Source of the DNA: an uncultured Acetatifactor sp.
Lineage (GTDB): Bacteria; Bacillota; Clostridia; Lachnospirales; Lachnospiraceae
Assembly (NCBI GenBank): GCA_910583845.1
Contig: CAJUAB010000003.1
Span: 14,250 to 78,249 of the forward strand
Direction of reading: 5' to 3'
DNA: 64,000 nucleotides
The position numbers were made by a program, and so were the translations under genes. The notes under the pieces are model-generated. The model made no database searches and was not told the DNA's origin. It saw only the letters and a list, made by a program, of their open reading frames with translations. Shown in pieces: positions 29,654 to 39,208 of the stretch (within the stretch, counting starts at the first letter, position 1; each line of letters begins with the position of its first letter).

Positions 29654-31228
29654 CTACAGATAATTATCCGGCAGATCATTCTCCAGCAGCACGATCAGCT
29701 TCTGATTCGTGACAATCCCGTACACATACTTCATGGCATCCTGCAAGTCTTCCGCCACATAGAGACGCTCCCTGTCAAAGTCCGTCTCCAATACCCCCTT
29801 CTGTATGCTCTCCGTCTGCCGGTGTCCCACCAGCACAATGTAGTCGCAATACCGGGTGGCCTCTCTGCCAAAGGCATGATTATAATGGTCCTCCTGCTCT
29901 CCCAGTTCCACCATGCCGGGAGTCACCAGTACCCGCACCCCCTGAAACATGCCCAGAGTCTTAAGCGCCATGTGGGCACCCCCTGGATTGGAATTGTAGG
30001 CATCGTCAATAATAATGGTATTGCCCCTGACAATGGGCTGCAGCCGGTGAGGCGCTCCCTCCAGCCTGCGCACCGGGATTTTCAGCTTATCCAGCGGGAT
30101 GCCCAGCTCATGAGCCACCGCAATAGCCCCGGTAATGTTGACCACATTATGTTCGCCCAGAAGCCGGGTGGTAAACTCCTCCCTGGCGCCGTCCGGAGCC
30201 TGCACCCAGAAGTGGGACCCCTTCTCGCTGTATTCCAGGTCGCAGGCCCGGTAGGCGTTGCCCTCCTCCAGGCCATAGGTGACGGCATCCCGGTTCAGCT
30301 CATACTGTTTCACAAACTCGTTGTCCCCGTTGACAAACCGGGGACCTCCCGCAGGCAGCGCGTCAAACAGCTCCTTCTTGGTTCCCACGATATGATCCAG
30401 CGTCTTGAACGTCTCCAGATGCTGGTAGCCCAGCGAAGTGATCACGCCGATCTGCGGGTCCACGATCTCGCAGATCTCCCTGATATCCCCCACATGCCTG
30501 GCCCCCATCTCGCAGAGAAAGATTTCATGAGTGGCCTTCAGACTGCCCCGGATGGTTTTCACCACGCCCATGGGGGTGTTGAAGCTCTCCGGCGTCATCA
30601 GCACATCGTACCGGGCGCTCAGCAGCGTGTGGAGATAATATTTCACGCTGGTCTTGCCATAGCTGCCGGTGATGCCGATGATTTTCAGGTCCGGACAGGC
30701 TTTCAGCATTCTCCGGGCATCCCGGATGTAATACCGATTGATGCCTTTCTCAATGGGCCTGTTGATCAGATTGGCCAGCAGTACCATATAGGGACTGACC
30801 ATGGCTCCCGCCAACAGCGTCCCCAGCAAAAGCCACCAGGAAAAACCCGCCGGAAGGGCCGCCGCCAGGAAGATGACGATATACAGCGCCGCCGTAGCGG
30901 CAATCAGACGTTTTACCCGGGCTGTGACTACCAGCTTTTTCTTGGCCGCTCTGGGCCAGTACAGCATCAACAACAATAGCAGAAAAAGCCAATCCCAGCC
31001 CAGTATCACCGACACCGCCGCCAGCGTCTTATCTCTCCAGAAGCATCCCGCCAAGGGAATAACCCCCAACAGCGGCAGCAGCGTCATGACGGGATGGGTC
31101 TTCATATACCGCCAGTAAGAACTATACTGATAGGAGCTCTGCTGAAACATATGCAGCGTACAGCGCACCCCCAGCACAATGGCGGCCAACGCCGTCACTA
31201 TTATGAACGCAAAAAAAATATTGATCAT
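29654..31228 (-). CDS. murF: MurF-like UDP-MurNAc-tripeptide--D-Ala-D-Ala ligase with N-terminal TM segments
   Basis: GITGSYGKTS, SFNTPMG, CEMGAR, IIDDAYNSNP, PGMVELG. The first ~155 aa are hydrophobic multi-TM. Confidence 0.85.
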   Translation of the reverse strand: MINIFFAFIIVTALAAIVLGVRCTLHMFQQSSYQYSSYWRYMKTHPVMTLLPLLGVIPLAGCFWRDKTLAAVSVILGWDWLFLLLLLMLYWPRAAKKKLVVTARVKRLIAATAALYIVIFLAAALPAGFSWWLLLGTLLAGAMVSPYMVLLANLINRPIEKGINRYYIRDARRMLKACPDLKIIGITGSYGKTSVKYYLHTLLSARYDVLMTPESFNTPMGVVKTIRGSLKATHEIFLCEMGARHVGDIREICEIVDPQIGVITSLGYQHLETFKTLDHIVGTKKELFDALPAGGPRFVNGDNEFVKQYELNRDAVTYGLEEGNAYRACDLEYSEKGSHFWVQAPDGAREEFTTRLLGEHNVVNITGAIAVAHELGIPLDKLKIPVRRLEGAPHRLQPIVRGNTIIIDDAYNSNPGGAHMALKTLGMFQGVRVLVTPGMVELGEQEDHYNHAFGREATRYCDYIVLVGHRQTESIQKGVLETDFDRERLYVAEDLQDAMKYVYGIVTNQKLIVLLENDLPDNYL

Positions 31229-32022
31229 ATATGCCCCCCACCTTGGCCAATCCCCAGAAAAGACCGCATCACCGCCAGAAATTGATATTGCCGGTCCAGG
31301 AAACTGAAATGTCCAGCCCCGGCCAGCACCGCCAGTCCGGCTCCCGGGATCATCTTCTCCATCAGCTGTCCGTCGGAAAGCGGCGTATCCGTATCCTGAT
31401 CTCCCCAGATCAGCAGAGTCTCCGCCTCTATCCGGGGCAGAAATTCCCGCACATCCTCATTGACCACCTTCACCATGCTCTGGCGCATAATGGGGGATGC
31501 CATCCGGTAATCCGCCGATCCTGACTTACTCTGTAATTTCTCCAGCGCATGGGGAAAAAGCGCCTTTACGGGCGGCAGGCTCAGAATCTTCTTTCCTCTT
31601 TTGTACCGCCTGATCCGGCGCATCTGCTCAGGGGTCTTCTCGTGAACGATCCCGGCGCTGTCGATCAGGATCAGCTTCCGCACCTTCTGATCCAGCATAC
31701 CGCTGCCCACCAGTCGGATCAGAGTACGTCCCCCGTGGGAGTGTCCCGCCAGGATCACTTCCTGATCCTCCGGCCCCGCCGCATGATCAATAAATGCCCT
31801 GCAAAAATCACAGTAATCCGCCAGAGACCACGCCTCTCCCGGTTCCTGGCTCTGTCCGAAGCCCGGGGTGTCCGGGGCCGCCACCCGGTACCGCGCCGCC
31901 AGCGTATTGATCAAGGGCCCGAACAGCTCCTTGTTGGCTCCCCAGCCGTGGAACAGGACCACCAGCGGCCCCTGCCCCTGCTCTATGTACCGGACCCTCA
32001 GGCCCTGATATACCATCTCCAT
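31225..32022 (-). CDS. Alpha/beta fold hydrolase
   Basis: FHGWG, PGFG, nucleophile elbow GHSHGG, IWGDQD, AGH; 4-bp overlap with murF. Confidence 0.9.
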   Translation of the reverse strand: MEMVYQGLRVRYIEQGQGPLVVLFHGWGANKELFGPLINTLAARYRVAAPDTPGFGQSQEPGEAWSLADYCDFCRAFIDHAAGPEDQEVILAGHSHGGRTLIRLVGSGMLDQKVRKLILIDSAGIVHEKTPEQMRRIRRYKRGKKILSLPPVKALFPHALEKLQSKSGSADYRMASPIMRQSMVKVVNEDVREFLPRIEAETLLIWGDQDTDTPLSDGQLMEKMIPGAGLAVLAGAGHFSFLDRQYQFLAVMRSFLGIGQGGGHI

Positions 32023-32266
32023 GCGTCATCCCGCCTTTCCGTCCGCTTTGATCATCCACGGTCCTGCCCTCTGACACTCGATACCTGCGGATAAAGTCCG
32101 TTGACCTCAATAACTATTATATTCCTCCGCCCGCAATTTCACTCCATAGTATAGCAAAATATATCTCCGGGGTAAAGTCTTTCCTTCCATTCCGGCGGAA
32201 AACATTTCCGCCCCCGGGACCACATCCCCATTCCCTGCGCTTTTACCGGGCGGGAGAGCCGCACTG

Positions 32267-33487
32267 TCAGCGGCTTTCTCCCGTCCGGTCCTCCTTTTCC
32301 CCATAGACCACCTGTCCGTCTATAATCGTATACCGCGTCTGGGTGAACACTTCCATGGGGTTTCCGCTGAAGATCGCGATATCCGCGTCCTTCCCCGGCT
32401 CCAGCGAGCCCATCCTGTCCGCCACCCCGCAGATCCGGGCCGGATTGACGGTGATGGCCCGCAGCCCGTCCTCCATGGGGAGCCCGGACTTCACAGCCAT
32501 CCCGGCGCAGAGGGGCAGGGACTGGATCTGGGACACGGGATGGTCCGTGGTGATGGCCACCAACACGCCTGCTTTCGCCAATATCCCCGCGGTTTTGAAA
32601 GCCACATTCTGCACCTCTATCTTATTGCGGCTGGTCAGATCCGGCCCCACGATGGCGGGATATCCCGCCTCGGCCAGTTCCTCCGCGATCAGATGTCCCT
32701 CGCTGCAATGATCCAGCGTCAGATCCAGCTCAAATTCCCGGGCAATGCGGATCGCGGTGAAAATATCGTCCACCCGGTGTACATGGGCTTTCATGGGTAT
32801 CTCTCTGCGCAGCACGGGAATCCAGCACTCCATGTTGAAGTCTTCCTGGAACTCCTGGCCCTTTTCTCCGGCCGTCTTTTTCCGCTCCCAGTAGTTTTTC
32901 GCCTCGAACAGTTCCCGGCGCAGCATGCCCGCTATGGCCATACGGGTGGAAGGACTTTTCCCCTGACCGGAATAATTGACCTTGGGATTTTCTCCGAAAG
33001 CCACCTTCATGGCTGCGGGAGCTTTTACGAGAATGTCGTCAATCCGTCTGCCCCGTGTCTTGACCAGGGCGAACTGCCCTCCTACCACATTGGAACTGCC
33101 GGGGCCGATCATGGCGGCGGTAATGCCCGCCCGCACCGCGTCATCAAATGCGGCATCCATGCTGTTGATGGCGTCTATGGCCCGCAGCCAGGGCGTGACA
33201 GGGTCGACGGTCTCGTTGCAGTCATCTCCCTCCATGCCCTTTTTCTCCTCGGTGATCCCCATATGGCAGTGCGCCTCGATGATGCCCGGCATCACCCAGC
33301 CGCCGCCCGCGTCCAGCACCCGGTCCGTTCCGTCCAGGGCTCCGCTTCCATTTTCCCTGCGGCGCATGTCCTGCCACTGCCCCATGGTTCCCACCCATGC
33401 GATTTTACCGTTTTCTACCCGGACCGCGCCATGCCCTATGACGCCCTGCCGCCCCATGGTGTGAACCAGGCCGTTAATGATGTCCAT
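32267..33487 (-). CDS. Amidohydrolase (imidazolonepropionase-like)
   Basis: PGIIEAHCHMG, KVAFGENPK, TTDHP, GSLEPGKDADI. Confidence 0.88.
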   Translation of the reverse strand: MDIINGLVHTMGRQGVIGHGAVRVENGKIAWVGTMGQWQDMRRRENGSGALDGTDRVLDAGGGWVMPGIIEAHCHMGITEEKKGMEGDDCNETVDPVTPWLRAIDAINSMDAAFDDAVRAGITAAMIGPGSSNVVGGQFALVKTRGRRIDDILVKAPAAMKVAFGENPKVNYSGQGKSPSTRMAIAGMLRRELFEAKNYWERKKTAGEKGQEFQEDFNMECWIPVLRREIPMKAHVHRVDDIFTAIRIAREFELDLTLDHCSEGHLIAEELAEAGYPAIVGPDLTSRNKIEVQNVAFKTAGILAKAGVLVAITTDHPVSQIQSLPLCAGMAVKSGLPMEDGLRAITVNPARICGVADRMGSLEPGKDADIAIFSGNPMEVFTQTRYTIIDGQVVYGEKEDRTGESR

Positions 33488-33556
33488 ACCTACCTCTTCT
33501 CCGCATGACAGGCGCGTAGGTACGCGCCTGCCATGTCCACTCCTCCGTTGTCAGTC

Positions 33557-34609
33557 CTAGAAGTAAAGATTCTGAGGGTCCAGCGCCGCTCCGTCCTGCT
33601 CCAGCAGGAAGTATAAATTGCTGCCCTCCAGGCTGTAATAGATGGTGGGAGCGGCCACGCTGCCAATGATCTGACCGGGGCTGACATAGTCTCCCTCCGA
33701 CACATTCAGCGCCTGCAGCTGGCCGTATACCACCTGGTATCCGTTGCCCAGGTCCAGAGTCACTGCCTGGCCGATTTCCTCATTGCGGAATACGGATGCC
33801 ACCCGGGCCTCGGCACAGGCGATCACCTGCGTTCCCTCCTCCACTCTGTACACGGTTGCCGGATTGTATTTATACTGATCCAGCGTGGTGAAATATACGG
33901 TTCTGTCCATGCTGTAAGGGATCAGCACATCTCCCATCACCGGCTTCACCAGACCCTGGTCGGAGGAAAAGGCCAGCGTCCTTACGTCCTGCGGCTCTTC
34001 CCATACCGGCTCTTCCTGTACCGGAACCGATTGTTCCACAACAGGCTCCTCCAGAACCGGCTCCTCCAGAGCGGGCTGCTCCAAAACCGCCGGCTGCTCC
34101 GCCGCCGCGGGAAGCTGTTCGCGGACCGGTTCGGGAGTGACAGTGCTGCTTCCCTGGCTGCCGCTTTCCTTTTCTTCTTTCTCCTCCTGCTGCTGCCTTT
34201 CGTTTGCTTTCTGCTCCTCCAGCATGGCCAGCTGCTCATCGCTGGTCACGTCCGATTCTGACAGGACGCCGTCTGTCAGCCCCGGGATCTGAACCAGGGA
34301 AGAACCGGCCTCCTCCATGGGCAGATAGTCCAGATCATCCTCCGGAATCTCCTGTACCGCGCTGTCTCCCTGGGGAACCGTCACGGAATTGCCCGGTCTC
34401 TGATAGGTATCTCCCATCTCCTGCTGATTGTCCCCTGCCTGACTCTCCACTCCGGTAAAATCAATGCTGTAGCCGTCATCCTGGTTCTGGACACTGTTTT
34501 CCTTCATGTACACCCCTGTCATGGTCAGCGCCGCCATCACAAAAGCCGAGGACGCGATCATAATGATCCGCTCTTTTTTGATATTTTGTTTTCTGTTGTC
34601 TCTTCTCAT
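33557..34609 (-). CDS. SpoIIQ-like M23/LytM domain membrane protein
   Basis: Basic N-terminus, one TM helix, acidic linker, and an M23 domain with degenerate zinc motifs; sigmaF promoter upstream. Confidence 0.72.
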   Translation of the reverse strand: MRRDNRKQNIKKERIIMIASSAFVMAALTMTGVYMKENSVQNQDDGYSIDFTGVESQAGDNQQEMGDTYQRPGNSVTVPQGDSAVQEIPEDDLDYLPMEEAGSSLVQIPGLTDGVLSESDVTSDEQLAMLEEQKANERQQQEEKEEKESGSQGSSTVTPEPVREQLPAAAEQPAVLEQPALEEPVLEEPVVEQSVPVQEEPVWEEPQDVRTLAFSSDQGLVKPVMGDVLIPYSMDRTVYFTTLDQYKYNPATVYRVEEGTQVIACAEARVASVFRNEEIGQAVTLDLGNGYQVVYGQLQALNVSEGDYVSPGQIIGSVAAPTIYYSLEGSNLYFLLEQDGAALDPQNLYF

Positions 34610-34688
34610 GAACACCTCCCGTCCGCTGATACGGACTTTCTCTATCCTTTATTTTCATTTCGAGAATTGCTTTGCTTACTCTATTGGA

Positions 34689-34718
34689 TATTCTTACCCC
34701 GAGAAAAGCAAATTATAC
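34689..34718 (-). promoter_or_regulatory. sigmaF-type promoter
   Basis: GTATA-N15-GGTAAGAATA matches GYATA-N15-GGnnAnAHTR. Confidence 0.7.
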
Positions 34719-34740
34719 GGAAGAGGTATTCAAAAATAAA

Positions 34741-34825
34741 ACAGCATATTCCCGGACAGCACAACGCGCGATATCCAGCCGCTTAAGCGGCCTGATGCTC
34801 TGCCCTGTGTTATCCGGGAATATGC
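34741..34825. repeat. Palindromic element related to the asnS-flanking 104-bp unit
   Basis: Inverted repeat GCATATTCCCGGA...TCCGGGAATATGC. ACAGCATATTCCCGGACAGCACA and AAGCGGCCTGATG match the reverse complement of the 5745 unit. Confidence 0.7.
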
Positions 34826-34845
34826 AAAATACGGGAAAGCGTCGC

Positions 34846-37554
34846 CTACAGAGCGGCTTCCCATGTATCGAGGATCTCCTCGCATTTCTCCGTGTCCATG
34901 TCATCCACGGCATTTTTCAGTTGTTCAAAGAGTTCGTCCTGGCCGCTGCCATAGGAATACTGATTCATACTCTGTATGATGTCTTCCACGGTGTCCATGT
35001 CCAGGTTTTCCAGAGCGTCCCGCATCTGCACAAAATATACGTCCAGTTCGTCGCCGCTGATCTGCTTATCGCCCTTGGCCGCGTCTTCTTTCGTGAAATA
35101 CGGCGCTAAAATACTCTTATAAAAGCTATACTCCGCCAGCATTCCCGGAGTGATCTTGTGGATCAGCTCCGCGTTGCGGGCATTTCCGGCGACTTCCATC
35201 TGTTCCGCGGTCTCCGCAAGCTCGAAGGCGCCGATCTGGCGGGAGGCGCTCTTCAGGGAGTGAACCTCTATCGTGTATTCGTGCCACTTCTCCTCCTGTT
35301 CATATTTCTGGATGGTCGCGTATTTCTTGTCAATCACACGGTAGTATTCTTTGAGAACCGACCAGAACAGTTCCTCATTTCCCAGAAATCCCACTGCCTT
35401 CTCCACATCCAGTCCGTTGATGGAAATGCTCGTCACCTGGGAGCCCTGGTCCTCCTGCTTTATCTCCCTGTCATTCCGCTTCTTCTTGTGGATCTTTTCC
35501 GGCGGCAGCCACTTGCGCAGCCTGGATACAATGTCCTTCAGCTCAATGGGCTTGGTCACCAGATCGTTCATCCCGCCGTTGATAAACATCTCTCTCGTGC
35601 CCTCCACCGCGTTGGCGGTGAGAGCCAGAATCGGGATCTGGCCGTTTTCCCCGGGCATATTCCGGATGATCTGCGTGGCCTCCAGGCCGTCCATCTCCGG
35701 CATCATGTGGTCCATAAAGATCAGATCATACTTTTTGCTCGTGACTTTGAAGATTGCCTCCCTGCCGCTGAGCGCCGTGTCGATACTCATCTCCAGCGGG
35801 CTCAGAAGTCCCTTGGCCACGGTCAGATTGATGGCGTTGTCATCCACCACCAGAATTTCCGCGTCCGGGGCCACATAATTGAAATCCTCCGTGTCAAGAC
35901 GGTTAAAGCTCTGATCCGCCTTGTCTCCCTGCAAAATGCCCGCCAGACTTAAAACATACAGCGGCTTTTTGGCAATAAATACGTTGTCCATGCCATAGGA
36001 ATAAACATCCCGATAGTCCGCCATCACCACGCCGGTGATTTCCGGGTGGACTTTGAGAAAGTTCTGCACCGTGTCCGACATCATGGTCTGCTCCACGAAC
36101 AGAAACTGAATCTTCTGCCCCCCCAGTCTGGACAAATCCCTGTCGGAGGCCAGCCCCCGATAGTTCACACCCAGCCTCTGCATGTCTGTCTTGATCTGCT
36201 TCGCGGCGTAGTCCCCGGACAGAAGTCCCACCGCGGATATTTTCTCCTCGATCTGTCCCACCGAGGGGATGCTGTTGATAATTCTCTGGGGAACCACGAA
36301 GGAAAAAGTACTTCCCTCCCCGTACTCGCTCTCCACCTGAATGCTCCCGTTCATCAGGGATACCAGTTGTTTGCAGATGGCAAGCCCCAGGCCGGTGCCC
36401 TCGATATTGCGGTTGCGCTTGCTGTCCAGCTGCTGAAAGGACTGGAACAGCTTATCTATATCCCCCTCCCTGATCCCGCTTCCGGTGTCGGAGACGGCGA
36501 TATAGAGATCCAGCATATCCTTCCCGGTCTGCCGGAAGTCCACCTGTAAATGTACATTCCCCATCTTCGTGAACTTGATGGCATTGTTAGCCAGATTTAT
36601 CATGATCTGCTTGATACGTATATTGTCACCGTACAGTTCATGAGGGAGATTGGGGTCCACATCCACCGTAAGTTCCAGCTCCTTGCTGCCGATTCTGGTC
36701 ATGATGATATTTGCCACATCATTGACTACCGACATAGGCTCGTATTCCGCCTCGTTGATCGTCATCATGCCGGATTCAATCTTGGAGAAGTCCAGAATAT
36801 CGTTGATAATGGTAAGCAGCGTCTGTCCGGATGCCTTGATCTGTCCCACATACTCTTTGGCCATGGGCGGAAGCTCCTCCCGCAGCGCCATCTCCGCCAT
36901 GCCGATAATCGCGTTCATGGGTGTGCGGATCTCATGGCTCATATTGGCAAGAAAATCCGATTTCAGATTGGAGGACTTCATCAGTTCCATATTTTTTATG
37001 TTCAGCTGGTGCTTATTGAACGCGAGGTCCGAAAGGATGTTCGCAATGGTGGACAGGGCTGCTACCTTGCTCTTGATATCTTCCTCTTTCAGAATGCTTA
37101 CCTTGCGGGCCGCTGTCATCAGTTCCTCGGGGTCCGCGCCGATCTCCAGCGCCACCTGCCTGATTTTATCCTCGTCCGGCGCTTCGGTCAGCATCTGACC
37201 GCCGAGAAAACACCCCACCTTGTGGCCTGAAACCATGATGGGCACCGCGAAATCCACCAGCCCCGCATGGCAGTGGTACGCGCAGGGAGTTCCGTCCTTC
37301 TCCGTCTTTTCGGCGCTGATGCGGTTGCAGGCCTCACAGCGCTTCCTGCCCTTCTCGGTGGCCCGCACATACTTCGCGCAAAATTCCGAATAGTGAGACC
37401 CCTCTGTGATAGCCAGACCATCCTTGTCTGTGATCAGAGACGCGATTCCCGCCATGCTGGAAAAAGAGTCCTGGATCAGGCGCAGGGTCTCCACGTCAAT
37501 CAAATCCGTCAGGTTCAGATTGGTCACTTGTTCCGATATATTGACCGTATCCAT
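34846..37554 (-). CDS. Cytoplasmic hybrid histidine kinase: PocR sensor - HisKA - HATPase - REC - Hpt
   Basis: PocR motifs (SEFC..YVR, YHCHAGLVDFAVPI), FLANMSHEIRTPMNAI, GTGLGL, LIFMDHMMPEMDG, and Hpt VHSLKSAS. Confidence 0.9.
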   Translation of the reverse strand: MDTVNISEQVTNLNLTDLIDVETLRLIQDSFSSMAGIASLITDKDGLAITEGSHYSEFCAKYVRATEKGRKRCEACNRISAEKTEKDGTPCAYHCHAGLVDFAVPIMVSGHKVGCFLGGQMLTEAPDEDKIRQVALEIGADPEELMTAARKVSILKEEDIKSKVAALSTIANILSDLAFNKHQLNIKNMELMKSSNLKSDFLANMSHEIRTPMNAIIGMAEMALREELPPMAKEYVGQIKASGQTLLTIINDILDFSKIESGMMTINEAEYEPMSVVNDVANIIMTRIGSKELELTVDVDPNLPHELYGDNIRIKQIMINLANNAIKFTKMGNVHLQVDFRQTGKDMLDLYIAVSDTGSGIREGDIDKLFQSFQQLDSKRNRNIEGTGLGLAICKQLVSLMNGSIQVESEYGEGSTFSFVVPQRIINSIPSVGQIEEKISAVGLLSGDYAAKQIKTDMQRLGVNYRGLASDRDLSRLGGQKIQFLFVEQTMMSDTVQNFLKVHPEITGVVMADYRDVYSYGMDNVFIAKKPLYVLSLAGILQGDKADQSFNRLDTEDFNYVAPDAEILVVDDNAINLTVAKGLLSPLEMSIDTALSGREAIFKVTSKKYDLIFMDHMMPEMDGLEATQIIRNMPGENGQIPILALTANAVEGTREMFINGGMNDLVTKPIELKDIVSRLRKWLPPEKIHKKKRNDREIKQEDQGSQVTSISINGLDVEKAVGFLGNEELFWSVLKEYYRVIDKKYATIQKYEQEEKWHEYTIEVHSLKSASRQIGAFELAETAEQMEVAGNARNAELIHKITPGMLAEYSFYKSILAPYFTKEDAAKGDKQISGDELDVYFVQMRDALENLDMDTVEDIIQSMNQYSYGSGQDELFEQLKNAVDDMDTEKCEEILDTWEAAL

Positions 37555-37576
37555 CCTGCCCTCCTTATATAAAAAC

Positions 37577-38413
37577 TTACCTTCGGCCCAGAACGCTCTT
37601 TATGGTGGAAGAGACCTTTTCCATATCAATGGGCTTCAGAAGATACCCCTGGATTTTCAACGCAAGGATCTCCTGGATCTTTCCCCGCTCTGTTATGCCT
37701 GTGAGAAACACTACCGGGATATTTCTTGTCTTGTTGTTTTCCCGTATTTTGCGCAGAACCGCCGCGCCGTTCTCCTCCGGCATCTCATAGTCCAGCAGCA
37801 CCATATCCGTCCGCTTGGTCTCCAGAAATTTCATGGCCACCTTGCCGTTGATCGCCGTGGCTACATCATAGCGCTCCGCAAGATATCCCTTGAGCAGCTT
37901 TAATACACTGCTGTCATCATCCACAATCAGAATATGCTTTCTGGCGGGCGGTTTGGGCGGTTCCACCTGTAGAACAGGCATCACCAGATCCACTGCGGCG
38001 CTGCCCGAAGCGGCTGCGCTTTCCGCGGATTTTTTCTTTGTTCCCCTCTTATCCAGCAGATCCACGATGGAATGCTCAAGTTTTTGTGCGGAGATGGGGC
38101 GCTGGAAGAACGTGGCCTGGGTGTTTGGCACAATTTTTTTGTACTGCTCACACTCCTCCCGGTTGCCCACGATAATAATGGGAACTCCCAATTCCTCAAT
38201 TCGCTGTTCCACATTGTCAAACCGTTTTATGTCATCCGGCGACTCCCCATAAAGACAATATACGAACACGTCGGGAGAGATATATTTCAGATGGTTCATG
38301 ATATCGTCATATCGGCTTGAGGTATTGATGCACTCAAGAGTGTTATCCATATAAGTAAAAAATTCGTTGATAGCCATCCTGTTGTTTCCGGTCAATAAGA
38401 CAACATATTTCAT
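37577..38413 (-). CDS. Response regulator with a degenerate N-terminal receiver-like domain and a C-terminal REC, no output domain
   Basis: ILIVDDD, VLLDYEMP, FLTG, YLLKP at the C-terminus. Confidence 0.8.
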   Translation of the reverse strand: MKYVVLLTGNNRMAINEFFTYMDNTLECINTSSRYDDIMNHLKYISPDVFVYCLYGESPDDIKRFDNVEQRIEELGVPIIIVGNREECEQYKKIVPNTQATFFQRPISAQKLEHSIVDLLDKRGTKKKSAESAAASGSAAVDLVMPVLQVEPPKPPARKHILIVDDDSSVLKLLKGYLAERYDVATAINGKVAMKFLETKRTDMVLLDYEMPEENGAAVLRKIRENNKTRNIPVVFLTGITERGKIQEILALKIQGYLLKPIDMEKVSSTIKSVLGRR

Positions 38414-38536
38414 AAGAACCCCCTGTATTCCTTACTGGTTATAGTTCCCGGCCAGCGCGTATCCATGTCCGGGCATTCCGGCTTTCGCACATGGATCATC
38501 GCGCCTCCGGCGATACGCTGATTTTACAGCGAACAA

Positions 38537-38998
38537 TTACATAGGCTTTCCGCCGGAAAGAGTCTCCTGGATCGTGTCTATCATTCCGCGGGTGACCCTG
38601 ATGTTGGCCCCGCCGGGATTGATGACGAATCCGTCGCACTGGCTGTCCGCTCTCTTTACCACAGACGCGAAATCCTGAAAGCCAAATACGAGAAGCTGCT
38701 GTTCCTCCCCCATGCTTTTCACCCATTTTTTAAGCTCCTGCACATCCGTGAACCCCATAAAGTATCGCACACCCTCCCGGGTGCTGAGCATGGGAATCTG
38801 GATCTGGGCATCCGGCGCCATCCGCACCAGGCCGTTCTCATCTCTTTCCGGCTTCGGCGTCACCGTTGCCGGGGTGAGCAGATGCGCTTTCAGCAGTTCC
38901 TGTAGAAAAAAGTCCCTGTGCTTGGTGGAATTATCCGCCTTTAACAGTTCCATGGCTCCCACCAGCATGGGGTTCTGAATCGCTTTGGGTTGTTCCAT
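38537..38998 (-). CDS. SseB family protein
   Basis: YFMGFTDVQELKKW and GFVINPGG are typical of the SseB N-terminal domain. Confidence 0.75.
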   Translation of the reverse strand: MEQPKAIQNPMLVGAMELLKADNSTKHRDFFLQELLKAHLLTPATVTPKPERDENGLVRMAPDAQIQIPMLSTREGVRYFMGFTDVQELKKWVKSMGEEQQLLVFGFQDFASVVKRADSQCDGFVINPGGANIRVTRGMIDTIQETLSGGKPM

Positions 38999-39208
38999 AA
39001 GTACCTCCCTGGCCCCGGAGCTGTCGACTTTCATTCGCCGCGACGGGGCCGTATACAGAAAAAATGTCCTGCCAGCTCCTCTTTTGCGCAATAAACGGGG
39101 TACCGGAGAACATTTTATTCATATGTGCCCCGATCCATTCGCAAAAGTTCAGGATCTGATGCATTTATGCTGAAACAGGATTCCTGCCGTTTCCTTCTTT
39201 GCGGCGCT

